This document shows positions 19,375-29,573 of a stretch of 64,000 bases of DNA, piece by piece; within the stretch, counting starts at the first letter, position 1, and each line of letters opens with the position of its first letter. The position numbers and the translations under genes were made by a program. The DNA comes from Acidobacteriota bacterium. Lineage in GTDB: Bacteria; Acidobacteriota; UBA890; WLXD01. The stretch lies in NCBI GenBank assembly GCA_965248695.1, contig CBDFKD010000002.1:3744001-3808000 (forward strand), in the 5' to 3' direction. The notes beneath the pieces were generated by a model. The model saw only the letters and a program-made list of their open reading frames with translations, did not search any database and was not told the DNA's origin.

Positions 19375-19950
19375 ATGTCTGTTTTGACGCGCGACATCGG
19401 AGAATTGCAACAGGCCGAGGCGGCTATCCTCGACCTGCTTGCACGAGTCGGGGTGCGGGCCGAACGGGGTGACGACGATCTACTGTTGCGCCAGGTCAGC
19501 GATCTGCAGGCCGACGAGGGGCTACGGCACCGCGTCGCGGTGGTGCTCGACTCGGCTTTTCAGGGCTTCTTCCACGGTGCCGCCGAGGGCTGCGCCTTCA
19601 TCTCCGTGGAGCGTTTCGAGGCCGAGCTGGGTGGATCACTCGAGCGTTCGTACCCCGGGGCCGGAGCCGCCTTCCTACGTTTCGCACGAAGCTACTGGAC
19701 GCTGCGCATGCTGGCTGGCCGACTGGCGCTGCGCTACTCGGGCACGGTCATACAACAGCTGCTGGTGACGATCGAAACCCGCGTCCGCGAGGCGTTCTTC
19801 CCCGACGTCGAGACCGACGACATGCCCGCCGATCAGCGGGCGCGGCTGCAGCGACGGCTCATCGAGCAATCCGGCGCGCCGGTGGACATCGACGCGTTTC
19901 TTCTCGGCAACCCATTGCTGCTGGGCAACCCGCTGGCTGAAGAGCCCTAG
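19375..19950 (+). CDS. Hypothetical protein
   Basis: 191-aa ORF with ordinary composition, divergent from the radical SAM gene. Confidence 0.65.
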   Translation: MSVLTRDIGELQQAEAAILDLLARVGVRAERGDDDLLLRQVSDLQADEGLRHRVAVVLDSAFQGFFHGAAEGCAFISVERFEAELGGSLERSYPGAGAAFLRFARSYWTLRMLAGRLALRYSGTVIQQLLVTIETRVREAFFPDVETDDMPADQRARLQRRLIEQSGAPVDIDAFLLGNPLLLGNPLAEEP

Positions 19951-20033
19951 CGGCCTGTAACAGATGAATCGATAGTGCCGTGGTGGCGAAATGGGGTCGG
20001 ATGCAAGGCGCTCCGACGAGTCGATGTTGGTGC
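19947..20033. repeat. Family A partial copy (87 bp, one arm, inverted)
   Basis: Reverse complement of 18178-18264 with one mismatch; its CTAG contains the TAG stop of the 19375 gene. Confidence 0.9.
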
Positions 20034-20043
20034 GGCCGGCGTG

Positions 20044-21303
20044 TCAGATCACGCCGTAGTAGCGCGCCATCCAGTATGGCAACAGCAGGTCGATGCCGGC
20101 ATGGCCGACGTCACCACCGCCGCCGCCCGAGAGCACGAAGGGGTCACGCTGCCAGAGAAAATCCGTCGGCACGCGCTCGGCTACAGGGATCACCGCGCAG
20201 GCGAGATTCTCTCCGCACGACGGGTAGATCTGTCCGAGGTCGACCCAGGTGTTTCGCCGCGGACGCTGCAACCACTGCTTCAGTAGCCGTCGGGTCTCGC
20301 GGTCACGTGCCGGATCGGGGCCATTGAGGACGCGGTCGATCATGTTGAAGTGCGCGTTCTGATGTGACCCGATCGTGTCACGCAGGATGTCGTAGGCCTT
20401 GCGATACTCGACGAGGTGATCGCCGGGTTCCTCCAGGCGAACCAGATGCACCAGGTTGATGGTGTCGAGATTGAATTTGAAATAGGAGTTGTGGGTGTCG
20501 GTGGCCTCGAGCGCGATGGGCACGTCGACGAGGTGACCGAAGGCATCGCGCACCTCGTCGTAGGGTCGGTCGAAGCGCTCTGGGTGGATCTGCCGTGCCG
20601 TCTGCAGGAACGCCAGCATTTGATCGGGCCGCGCCAAGAACGTCGTGCTGATGCTGCCGTCCGGGTTCTGTACGGTCCATGCACCGTTGCGCAGGTAATC
20701 GACGAGGCGGGTGACGATCGTGTGAATCTCGGCGCGGATGCCAGCCACCGGTACCAGCTCCCAGGCGAAGCCGAGGCCGAAGATCACGCCGGAGTACTGA
20801 TCGCGCGAGGTGTTGCCGGCCCACCGATAGTCGACGCCGTCATGCTGACCTTCGAACACGCCCTGATGAGCCTCACCGACGGTGATGGTCTCGACCCACG
20901 GCGAGTCGGCCGGGACCGCGCCGCGTGCCAGCGTCTCGTTGCCGGTGACCTCGAGCAGCACCCGAATCGCGTCGACTGCCTTGCGAACCTTCCTCTTTGA
21001 CTTGTTGGTGCCCGTGACGGCGTATTCGAAGGCGGCGGCAGCCAGATAGTGACCGGTCCAGATGGCTGAATCACCGGCGTGCGTGTAGCGCACGATCTCG
21101 TCGGAGGCCGGCCCAGCGTAGATGGGGTCGAAGACCGTGCCATGCGGCAGATGATGCCGTTGGAGATTGCGGGCGATGCGTCGCGACTTGCGGTCTAGCC
21201 GACCGGCCAGATCGCGCCGGTCGAGTTCCGCCGCCCGCGACGGTGGTGCCGGCGCACTGCTGATCAACAGAATGGTTGATAGCGCGACGGCCATGCTACG
21301 CAT
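20044..21303 (-). CDS. Secreted hypothetical protein, possibly alpha/alpha-toroid fold
   Basis: Signal-like N-terminus; GDSAIWTGHYLAA, TSRDQYSG, DLLLPYW; start uncertain. Confidence 0.7.
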   Translation of the reverse strand: MRSMAVALSTILLISSAPAPPSRAAELDRRDLAGRLDRKSRRIARNLQRHHLPHGTVFDPIYAGPASDEIVRYTHAGDSAIWTGHYLAAAAFEYAVTGTNKSKRKVRKAVDAIRVLLEVTGNETLARGAVPADSPWVETITVGEAHQGVFEGQHDGVDYRWAGNTSRDQYSGVIFGLGFAWELVPVAGIRAEIHTIVTRLVDYLRNGAWTVQNPDGSISTTFLARPDQMLAFLQTARQIHPERFDRPYDEVRDAFGHLVDVPIALEATDTHNSYFKFNLDTINLVHLVRLEEPGDHLVEYRKAYDILRDTIGSHQNAHFNMIDRVLNGPDPARDRETRRLLKQWLQRPRRNTWVDLGQIYPSCGENLACAVIPVAERVPTDFLWQRDPFVLSGGGGGDVGHAGIDLLLPYWMARYYGVI

Positions 21304-21426
21304 GCTGAGAGAGCGAATGCACTGGCTTGCGAAGCTTCGAGTGGCGTCGTCGACAGTTTGAATCATTCAGATACGCTTGGTTATCAAACAGTGGGCGGAG
21401 CTGTTCCGAAAGCGTACCGCAGACCG

Positions 21427-21451
21427 CTAGTGCCGTGCTACAGGCCGCTAG
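21427..21451. repeat. Minimal family A remnant
   Basis: CTAGtgccgtg-ctacaggccgCTAG matches family A terminal sequences. Confidence 0.5.
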
Positions 21452-21523
21452 CAAGAGCAGGCGAAGTGTGCTCTGACCGCACGGGTCAGAGGGCGCCGGC
21501 TTGAAAGGGCCTGTGAGAGCGGC

Positions 21524-23152
21524 CTAGTCGTCGCCCATATACGGGTATTCGTGGGACGTCGCCGGCGCGAAGGTCTCCTTCACTGTGCGCTGGGATACCC
21601 ACCGCATCAGGTTGGCCGGCGACCCCGCCTTGTCGTTGGTGCCGGAGGCGCGCGCCCCGCCGAACGGTTGCTGTCCGACCACGGCCCCGGTGGGTTTGTC
21701 GTTGATGTAGAAGTTGCCGGCGGCGTGCCGGAGCCGTTTGCTGAGCTTGACGATGTCGCGTCGATCGCGGGCGAAGATGGCGCCGGTCAAGGCGTACGGG
21801 CTCCCCGTGTCGCACAGGTCGAGAGCCTGCTCGATGTCGGCCTCCTCATAAACGTACACGGTCAACACGGGTCCGAAGATCTCCTCATACATGAGTCGTG
21901 AATCCGGATCTTGCGTCTGTACCACCGTGGGCTCGACAAAGAACCCGCGCGAGTCGTCGCAGTTACCCCCGGCGAGGACGTCATATTCGGGCTTGGAGTT
22001 CGCTTCGTCGAGGAAGCCGCTGATGCTGTCGAACGCCGGCCGGTCGATTACCGCACAGAGGAAATTGGCAAAATCGGTCGGCGGCCCCATTCGTAGCTGC
22101 CCGACGGTGTCGACCAGCTGATCCTTCACTTCGGCCCACAGGGGGGCGGGAATGTAGGCACGCGAGGCGGCGGAGCATTTCTGGCCCTGGTACTCGAAAG
22201 CCCCCCTCACCAGCGCTGTTATGAGCGACGCGGCGTCCGCCGACGGGTGGGCGAATACGAAGTCCTTGCCGCCCGTCTCGCCGACGATACGCGGGTAGCG
22301 CCCGTAGGTCTCGAGGTTGTCCGACATCGTGCGCCACATACGCTGGAAAGTGCTCGTCGAGCCGGTGAAGTGCAGCCCGGCAAGTTGGCTGCTGGCGAAG
22401 ACAGGGTCGCCGACGCGGGCACCCCGGCCGGGAACGAAGTTGATCACGCCATCCGGTAGCCCGGCCTCCTGTAGCAGGCGCATGACGTAGTAGTTCGATA
22501 GCGCCGCGGTCGACGCCGGCTTCCACAACACGGAGTTGCCCATGAGCGCTGGAGCGCCCGGCAGGTTTCCACCGATGGCGGTGAAGTTGAACGGCGACAC
22601 CGCGAACACGAATCCCTCGAGCGGACGGTACTCGACGTAGTTCCACATACCCGAGTCCGACTCCGGCTGCCCGGCGTAGATCTCTTCCATGTAGTGCGCG
22701 TTGAAGCGCCAGAAATCGCACAGCTCGGCAACCGCCTCGATCTCGGCCTGGTGGACGGTCTTGGACTGGCCGAGCATGGTGGCGGCGTTTATCGTGTCGC
22801 GCCAAGGACCGGCGAGCAGATCGGCCGCTTTCAAGAATACGGCGGCGCGCGCTTCCCAATTCATCTCTGACCACTCCCGCCAGGCTTCGGCGGCCGCTTC
22901 AATCGCCTTCCCGACGGTCGCTTCGTCGACCTGATGGCATACCGCGAGCACGTGTCCGTGATCATGGGGGCACACCACTTCGAGAGTGTCGCCGGTAGTA
23001 ACGTCCTGGCCACCGATGATGGCCGGAATCTCGATGCGGTCGCCGAGCATCTGCTCCAGGCGCGCGGTGATCCGGGCGCGCTCAGGGGAGCCGGGTGAGT
23101 AGGCGAGTGCGGGCTCGTTTACCGGAGTCGGGATGCGTGCGAAGCCGTTCAC
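21524..23152 (-). CDS. pruA: L-glutamate gamma-semialdehyde (P5C) dehydrogenase
   Basis: AAGGAG before GTG 23152; SPFNFTAIG, ETGGKDF, FEYQGQKCSA, FYINDKPTGAVVGQQPFGG. Confidence 0.95.
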   Translation of the reverse strand: MNGFARIPTPVNEPALAYSPGSPERARITARLEQMLGDRIEIPAIIGGQDVTTGDTLEVVCPHDHGHVLAVCHQVDEATVGKAIEAAAEAWREWSEMNWEARAAVFLKAADLLAGPWRDTINAATMLGQSKTVHQAEIEAVAELCDFWRFNAHYMEEIYAGQPESDSGMWNYVEYRPLEGFVFAVSPFNFTAIGGNLPGAPALMGNSVLWKPASTAALSNYYVMRLLQEAGLPDGVINFVPGRGARVGDPVFASSQLAGLHFTGSTSTFQRMWRTMSDNLETYGRYPRIVGETGGKDFVFAHPSADAASLITALVRGAFEYQGQKCSAASRAYIPAPLWAEVKDQLVDTVGQLRMGPPTDFANFLCAVIDRPAFDSISGFLDEANSKPEYDVLAGGNCDDSRGFFVEPTVVQTQDPDSRLMYEEIFGPVLTVYVYEEADIEQALDLCDTGSPYALTGAIFARDRRDIVKLSKRLRHAAGNFYINDKPTGAVVGQQPFGGARASGTNDKAGSPANLMRWVSQRTVKETFAPATSHEYPYMGDD

Positions 23153-23441
23153 CGGCGTTCTCCTTGGCAACGGTCGGTCTACCGGCTCGCGGTGTCCTCG
23201 CGACGGGCTACCGGGTTGATATAGGCTGCGTTTTGAGTGGCTCAGATCGGCCCCAAGACTACCTGAACGCGGCCAGGTGGGTCGGACGCGCGCCGGCCTC
23301 GGCTGCTACGATGATTTCCAGCCGCTCGGGGGGCTGTCTGCATGTGTTTTTTTTGCGGAAACCTTCCGCGCGCTTCGTGCGTCTATTCATTGACGGGGCG
23401 GTTTCATGCGCCCAGACGATCCCCTGAAGACTGAGCTGGCA

Positions 23442-23705
23442 ATGTCCGAACGAAAGCTCCACCGCGGCCACACCGCCTTGTTAGGCGTCGTTGAAGCGGG
23501 CGACGAATGCACCGCCACGCTTCGAAGCGGCACCGTCGCCTTCGACCACCACTCGCAGGATTTCCTCGTCGGCTGGTATGAGGACCTCAAAAGCTGGAAC
23601 TTGATCCAGGCCGAGGACTTCATGGGCAAGCACGGCAAGCTGGGAGAGACCGTCAGCCTCACGGGCGACGGGCGCGACGTGCTGGAGCAGCTTCAGCAGG
23701 CCTGA
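23442..23705 (+). CDS. Small hypothetical protein
   Basis: 87-aa ORF; C-terminal LTGDGRDVL resembles a winged-helix tail. Confidence 0.55.
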   Translation: MSERKLHRGHTALLGVVEAGDECTATLRSGTVAFDHHSQDFLVGWYEDLKSWNLIQAEDFMGKHGKLGETVSLTGDGRDVLEQLQQA

Positions 23706-23763
23706 ACGGAAGGCTCGACACCGCCGGCTGGCATCCAGGCACACGGGTGCCGTCGAAATAGCC

Positions 23764-24054
23764 TCAGTCGCCCTCGATCATCGCCTGAGCCTCGGCCCAT
23801 TCGAACGCCCGCAGGGTTTCCGTGCGGACGTTACCCGACCGCCCCAGGCTCAACAGCACCGAGGCGGCAGTTTCGTCGTCGGGGGCCTCCAGAATCAGCA
23901 CACCATCGTGATTCCCCAGCGTCCAGTACTGGGCCACGACCTGGGCGCCGGCCTTTTCGGCCGCTTCCGTGAAGACATCGGCGCGGTGCGGCGAGTCCTC
24001 GATCTCTCGAATTCCCTGGTCGGTGAAGTCGAGCAAGACGATGAACGTAGCCAT
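23764..24054 (-). CDS. GYD domain protein
   Basis: MATFIVLLDFTDQG, YWTLGNHD, EAPDDE, GNVRTETLRAF. Confidence 0.92.
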   Translation of the reverse strand: MATFIVLLDFTDQGIREIEDSPHRADVFTEAAEKAGAQVVAQYWTLGNHDGVLILEAPDDETAASVLLSLGRSGNVRTETLRAFEWAEAQAMIEGD

Positions 24055-24056
24055 GC

Positions 24057-24290
24057 CTATTGGCGGCCTGCCAGGCCGAGCGGGTCGAGCAATTTCCGAA
24101 ACTTGCCGGACTCGTCATAGGTACGCGCGATGCTGCCGTACCAGTCGGGTTGCGTGGGGTTGGCGCAGGAGGCTGCACCTCCGGAAAGCGTGCCGATGAC
24201 GAACTGATTGGGCCACTTCTTGCCGGCCCACATCGCCGATCCGCTACTGCCGCCTTCCGTCACTCTGTTTCTCCCATTCGGTTGCCCGAG
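24057..24290 (-). pseudogene. C-terminal remnant of a trypsin-like (lysyl endopeptidase-type) serine protease
   Basis: VTEGGSSGS catalytic-Ser motif, then VIGTLSGGAASC..PDWYG; no room upstream for His/Asp regions. Confidence 0.65.
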
Positions 24291-24313
24291 TCAGTGGCGA
24301 GTCTAGTCTGTCG

Positions 24314-25588
24314 TCAGGGCGCGAGTCGGTTCCCCGCGATCCATACCGACTCGATGGTGCGCAAGTTGGCGATATCGGCGAGGGGGTCGGCAGTCAACAC
24401 GACCATGTCGGCCCATTTTCCCGGCGCGATTGTGCCGACGTCGTCGAGGCCGATGCATGCTGCGGCGGCGCCGGTAGCGGATCGCAGGATCTGCTCCGGC
24501 GACAGCCCGGCGTCCGCCATCAGCTCGGTCTCCATATGCTCGAAATAGCCTTGGAAGCGCGCCGGGGGCCCGCTATCGGTACCAAAGGCGATCGGGATGC
24601 CGGCGTCCGCCAGTGCCTTGAGGTTCGCCTGCGCCATGCGCAGTGCCTCCTTGTAGCGTGGCGCCGTCGGGCTGTCTCGATAACCTTGTTGTAGCTCGGG
24701 CTGGCGCAACGCCTCGAGCACATCGGCGTTCGCATGCGCCAGGAAGAACGGGTCGGCGAAAAACTCCGGCTCCGATTCGTAGACGAAGGTGGATACTTCG
24801 CGTGTCAGCGTCGGGCTGTAGCACACGCCGGTCTCCCGCAGCAGCTGGATGAGCTCGTCGTCGACGGCTACATCACGCACGCTGTGGGCGATGAAGTCGG
24901 CCCCGGCGGCCAGCAGGCCCTTGGCGTCGTCCAGGTAGAACAGGTGCGCCGCCAGGGGAAGGCCCTGATCGTGCGCGGCCTCGATGACCGCGGCGTATAC
25001 GTCCGGGGTCATCTTGGCGCTTGTGCCGAGGTTGTCGTCGACGCGGATCTTGATGAAGTCGACTCCGAGATCGTTGTTGGCACTTACCTGCGACTGCGCC
25101 TCCTCGGGCGATTCCGCGGTGACCACAGCGCCGGCGATTCGCAACCGTGCGTGGGTCAGATCGGCATCCTCGGCGTCGCGCACGCCGGCGCCCGCGACGC
25201 CATCGCCCCCGAGGCTCAGCACCGTGGTGACGCCGTAGCTGGCGTAGAGGGCCAGATGGTCGCGCACGTTGCGCTCCGAGTAGTGACCACCCTCGAGACC
25301 GAGCGTGTCGCCGACATGGCCGTGGGCGTTGATCAAGCCGGGGATCACGGTGCGGCCGGCCAGGTCGACAACTGCCGCCTGCTCCGGAACGGCAAGCGTG
25401 GCCGCCGACCCCACTGCCTCGATGCGGCCATCGCGCACCAGGATAACCGCGTCGCGGGTCGGTTGGCCGCCGGTGCCATCGATCACCGTGGCGCCGATGA
25501 ACGCCGTGTAGCCAGGCACGAGCTCCGGGGTACCGGGGCCGCATCCGAAAGCGACCAGTAGCGTCAGACAACCGAGAAAACGAATCAC
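24314..25588 (-). CDS. Amidohydrolase family lipoprotein
   Basis: GGAGG RBS, lipobox-like VAFGC, PGLINAHGH, FGTDSG, GTIAPGKWAD. Confidence 0.9.
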   Translation of the reverse strand: MIRFLGCLTLLVAFGCGPGTPELVPGYTAFIGATVIDGTGGQPTRDAVILVRDGRIEAVGSAATLAVPEQAAVVDLAGRTVIPGLINAHGHVGDTLGLEGGHYSERNVRDHLALYASYGVTTVLSLGGDGVAGAGVRDAEDADLTHARLRIAGAVVTAESPEEAQSQVSANNDLGVDFIKIRVDDNLGTSAKMTPDVYAAVIEAAHDQGLPLAAHLFYLDDAKGLLAAGADFIAHSVRDVAVDDELIQLLRETGVCYSPTLTREVSTFVYESEPEFFADPFFLAHANADVLEALRQPELQQGYRDSPTAPRYKEALRMAQANLKALADAGIPIAFGTDSGPPARFQGYFEHMETELMADAGLSPEQILRSATGAAAACIGLDDVGTIAPGKWADMVVLTADPLADIANLRTIESVWIAGNRLAP

Positions 25589-25706
25589 GGTGAACCTCCA
25601 GGGCTTCTCACGTCGGCAGGGTACTGCCAGGCCGCCGCATTGTATCGCCGCGGCGTCATTGCGGGCACAATCTCTCACGCAACCGACTCGTGCCGGGGGG
25701 AGGGCA

Positions 25707-26393
25707 ATGGACAGCCGATTAGGCCGGATGGCGCCGCCACGTTGGTTGACGCCGTCGGTGGCGGCGCTGGTTGTCGCCAATCTGGTACCGCTGGCCGGTG
25801 TGCTTTGGCTGCGATGGGAGGTTGGCGATGTCGTCCTTCTGTACTGGATCGAGAACCTCATCGTCGGCGGATTCAACGTCCTACGCATGCTGGCTGTCCG
25901 GGTTCACGATCCGGCTGCATGGTTCGGCAAGCTGGTCCTCATTCCGTTCTTCCTGGTCCACTACGGCGGCTTCGCCGCCGTGCACGGCGTTCTGTTGACG
26001 GCGATGTTCAAGGTGCAGGGCTCGGGAATGCCGGATGTGCTCGACGGCACCAACTTCGACTCGGCGATCCTGGTGGTGCCGTTGCTGATCTGGGGAACAA
26101 TGTTGCACGCGCTGAGCCAGCCGGCGCTGGCCTACGGGGCGACGACGCTGATCGTGAGCCGCGCGGTGTCGTTCCTGATCAACTACCTCGGGGCCGGAGA
26201 GTATCGGGACGCGACGATGCAAGACCTGATGGTCAGGCCCTACAAGCGGGTGATCTTCCTGCACCTCGTGGTCATCGGTAGCGGCTTCCTGCTGTTGTTG
26301 ACCGGGTCGTCGACTGCGGGCTTGTTGCTGATGGTGCTTGCCAAGATCGGTGTTGACGTCACCGCGCACTGCAAGGAGCACGCCACGGCGTGA
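25707..26393 (+). CDS. DUF6498-like membrane protein
   Basis: LVVANLVPL.GV, YWIEN, FFLVHYGGF, PYKRVIFLH. Confidence 0.8.
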   Translation: MDSRLGRMAPPRWLTPSVAALVVANLVPLAGVLWLRWEVGDVVLLYWIENLIVGGFNVLRMLAVRVHDPAAWFGKLVLIPFFLVHYGGFAAVHGVLLTAMFKVQGSGMPDVLDGTNFDSAILVVPLLIWGTMLHALSQPALAYGATTLIVSRAVSFLINYLGAGEYRDATMQDLMVRPYKRVIFLHLVVIGSGFLLLLTGSSTAGLLLMVLAKIGVDVTAHCKEHATA

Positions 26394-27687
26394 GACCCTC
26401 GCTACGGCAGCAGATCGACGCTATCGCCGACGTGCGCTGGTGGCACCCAGCATGGCGTAGTCTAATCTGGGGTACTTCGTGCCTGGCGGTCACTGGCGGC
26501 GCGCCCTCGGCACGGCGCCAGCAGCTGTACCGGCGTGCCAACGGCGGCCCCGCCTCCGACACCTTCATGGCGCGGGATGCCGGCAACCGATACCACGGGA
26601 GCGATATCGCTGCCGTGGCAGCCCGAGCCGTGGTCGGAGCGGCGGCCGCCATCGAGCGACTGGACTGGCTGCAGACGCGACAACCGGGGCAGACGTTGCA
26701 GGCGGTGGTGCGCTGGAGCGACGGCTGGTTGGAGCCCCATCGGCTGACGTCCGACGAGGCACGGACAGCGTTCTTCGTCGCCCCTCGGGGAATCTACCGA
26801 GCGAAGGTAGAACCCGCGTCGTTGCTTGCGGTGGCGTCCTGTTTGGCGAGCGACCTGGCCAGCGAGGCGGCGTTGCTAGCCGGGATACTCGAGTCGGTGG
26901 ACACCCAGGCTGCCGGCGCCGCGCGTGCGGCGGTCGTCGTCAGCTTGTTGCCGCAGCGCATCCCCGACGCCCGGCACCTACATCGATCGGCGTGGAGCCG
27001 CGGAGGCGGGCCGTGGCTCGGTGTGGGCTTCGCTGCAGATCTCGATGTGGTCTCGACCTGTCATCTGGGGGTCGACGGGTTCGGCCACGCGCTGTTGACG
27101 GATGGGATCTGCGCCCGGATCGCCGACCAGGCGCCCGCCCTGACGCAACGCCTGCGCGCCGCTGACGATCGTTGGTCGGCGCCGCGGGGCGACACGGCTT
27201 GCGAGTCGGCGGAGCCAGATCTGCTGGGGTTCGCGGCCCGCGATCTCCCCGATGGTGCCGGGCGTTTCGCCCACCAGGCCTATGCCATGGGCCGGGCGCT
27301 GGGACGCTTCCTCAACACCGACCGCGTCGGCGACGGCGCTCCACCGGCGCGGTTCTCGCCCACCTTTCAAGTTCCTGTGGCTCCAGCGAGCTCCGACGGG
27401 GGCTTTCTTCGTGATGCCGACGTGTTCCACGGCCTGCTGTCGGTGCGCAAGAGCGAGGCCGGCTTCGAGCCGCTATCGGCCTTTGAAGCCCGGTTGCCTG
27501 ATTGGATCGAACGCGAGCGGCATGGTGAGGGCGTGCTGAGCCGAATCGGTCTGGCGATCGCCGGCTCGCCGCTGCCGCGCGCAGCCAAGCTGCGCCTGTT
27601 GCGCAGTCGCCGGGAGCCGAGCCCTTGGTTGCCGCCAGTCGAGGTGCTCTGCGGTCGAGGACGGCTGTCGAGCTTGCGCTTTCCGAG

Positions 27688-29091
27688 GAGTTATTTGCAA
27701 ATGTTGTGGATCGGTGGATTTGTTCAGGCGGCGTCTTCGCTAGCGATCAGGTGAACTCCATCGACGAATGTGGCGCCCTCGAGTACGAGGGCAGTGAGGT
27801 GAGGAGCGTTGATGCGGCGCCATCGTTGCTGTGCCATCTCCAGGAGCTTGAATGCCATCGTCAGCGCCTTGGTGCGTGAGCCGGCGCCCTTGGTGACGCG
27901 TTGTCTCAGGCGTACGGTGGCGAACGCCGACTCGATCGGGTTGGCCGTGCGCAGATGAACCCAGTGGTCGGCGGGGAAGTCGTAGAACGTCAGCAGCTTG
28001 TCGGAGTCGCGTTGCAACGACGCCACGGCCTTGGAGTACTTGGCGCCGTAGTCGGCTGCGAACCGCGCCATGCCCTCCTGAGCATCCTCGCGCGTTGGCG
28101 CACCGATGATCTCGTGCAGCGCGCGCTTGGCTTTGGCCTGCAGCCGCCTCGGTAGCTTGTCGAGCACGTTGCCAAGCCGATGCACCCAGCATCGTTGCTC
28201 TCGAGTCTGGGGCCATACATCCCGCACCGCCGCCCAGAACCCCAGCGCCCCATCACCCACTGCCACGAGCGGCGCCCGCATGCCTCGACGCTTCAGCTCC
28301 CGGAGCACGAACGCCCAGCTCTCGGTGCTCTCTCGATACCCGTCCTCGACCGCGATGAGCTCCTTGGTTCCGTCCGGCAAAACGCCCAGGATCACCAGCG
28401 TGCACAGCCGATCATCCTCGAGTCGAATGTTGAAGTGCACACCGTCCGCCCACACGTATACGTACTGCTTGGTGGACAGATCCAGCTTCCGGAATGCCTC
28501 GTACTCCGTGCTCCAGGCGTTCGTCAGCCGGCAGATCGCCGATGCCGACAGCCCGCTGGCTTCCTGTCCCAGTAAGATCGGCAGCGCCTCCTTGAAGTCG
28601 CCCGTCGACAGGCCCCGCAGGTACAGCACCGGCAGCACCTCCGCCACCTTCGGCGAGCGCCGCATGTAGGGCGGCAGGATCCGACTGCTGAACCGCTGCC
28701 TCAGTCCCTGCTCGTCGAGCCGCTTGTCGTTGACCCGTGGCGCGGCTACTTGCACCGTCCCGCACCCCAACGTGATCTTGCGTGCGCGAGCCCGACCGTT
28801 GCGTACCACTTGCCGACGGCCGGCTTCATCCAGTTGCCCGGCGTGGCTCTGGATATACTCCTGAACCTCCCACTCCAGTGCTGTTGCCAGCATCTGCAGC
28901 GCGCCCTGCCGGGCGAGCTCATCGACGTCCAGTGTCAGCTGTCCTTCCTCCGCGTCCGATCCACCGATAATCTTGAGCACGGGTGGCGTCTCCTTCCCGG
29001 CCTCCACAGCCGGCTGCTGGTTGTTGATGATCCCAGCGAAGGTTACGCCGCCTTTCTTTTTCCTCCCATCCACAACTTCCGGTTATATCTC
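27688..29091 (-). mobile_element. IS256-family insertion sequence, 1404 bp
   Basis: 9-bp DR CTTTCCGAG at 27679-27687 and 29092-29100; imperfect IRs GAG.....GTTGTGGAT. Confidence 0.95.
27724..28980 (-). CDS. IS256 (Mutator-type) transposase
   Basis: LYLRGLSTGDF, YVWADG, VGDGALGFW, QRCWVH, LRTANPIES; AAGGAG before GTG 28980. Confidence 0.95.
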   Translation of the reverse strand: MLKIIGGSDAEEGQLTLDVDELARQGALQMLATALEWEVQEYIQSHAGQLDEAGRRQVVRNGRARARKITLGCGTVQVAAPRVNDKRLDEQGLRQRFSSRILPPYMRRSPKVAEVLPVLYLRGLSTGDFKEALPILLGQEASGLSASAICRLTNAWSTEYEAFRKLDLSTKQYVYVWADGVHFNIRLEDDRLCTLVILGVLPDGTKELIAVEDGYRESTESWAFVLRELKRRGMRAPLVAVGDGALGFWAAVRDVWPQTREQRCWVHRLGNVLDKLPRRLQAKAKRALHEIIGAPTREDAQEGMARFAADYGAKYSKAVASLQRDSDKLLTFYDFPADHWVHLRTANPIESAFATVRLRQRVTKGAGSRTKALTMAFKLLEMAQQRWRRINAPHLTALVLEGATFVDGVHLIASEDAA

Positions 29092-29373
29092 CTTTCCGAG
29101 CGCAGATCAGCCCTCGGCGCCAGTCTATGCGGCGTCGGCCCCGTCCCTGTCGCCGAGCGCCATCGACCCGCGCGGCGGTGTGGTGCTGACGCTGGTCCAT
29201 CATCGATCCGGGTGCACCGTGAGCGCGTTGGGAAGCGGCCTGGCGTCGACGTCGACCGGGGCCAAGGCCTTCCTCGAGATCTGGCTGGAGGAACTTGCGC
29301 GCTCGATGGCGGTCGCTGGGAGCAGCTGCGGTGACAGCTTCCGCGGGCCCGCGCCGTCTTGCCGGTGAACGTG

Positions 29374-29465
29374 CTAGCAGGCCGTGGTGAAAGTGTGGTG
29401 GGTCTGGCGACAGGACCTGCGCCTCGCAAAACCCGACCCACCACACTTTCGCCACGGCCTGCTAG
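29374..29465. repeat. Family B CTAG-bounded hairpin element (92 bp)
   Basis: 31-bp IR CTAGCAGGCCGTGG(T/C)GAAAGTGTGGTGGGTC with one G-U compatible mismatch. Confidence 0.85.
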
Positions 29466-29573
29466 TGAGCCATCTCTCGTGCTTTCGTCAGACCGCACAC
29501 AGCCGGCTGGCTACCCCGCAGGAGATGCTGCTGGATTCAGACCGTACGATCGCCGGTCCACGCCACGTATATG

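Larger units (their letters stand above)
26390..29368 (+). pseudogene. Putative HxxxDG acyltransferase/condensation-like protein split by IS256
   Basis: Removing the IS and one DR restores a single 521-aa frame (..SLRFP/SADQPSAP..); CHLGVDG motif. Confidence 0.75.
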
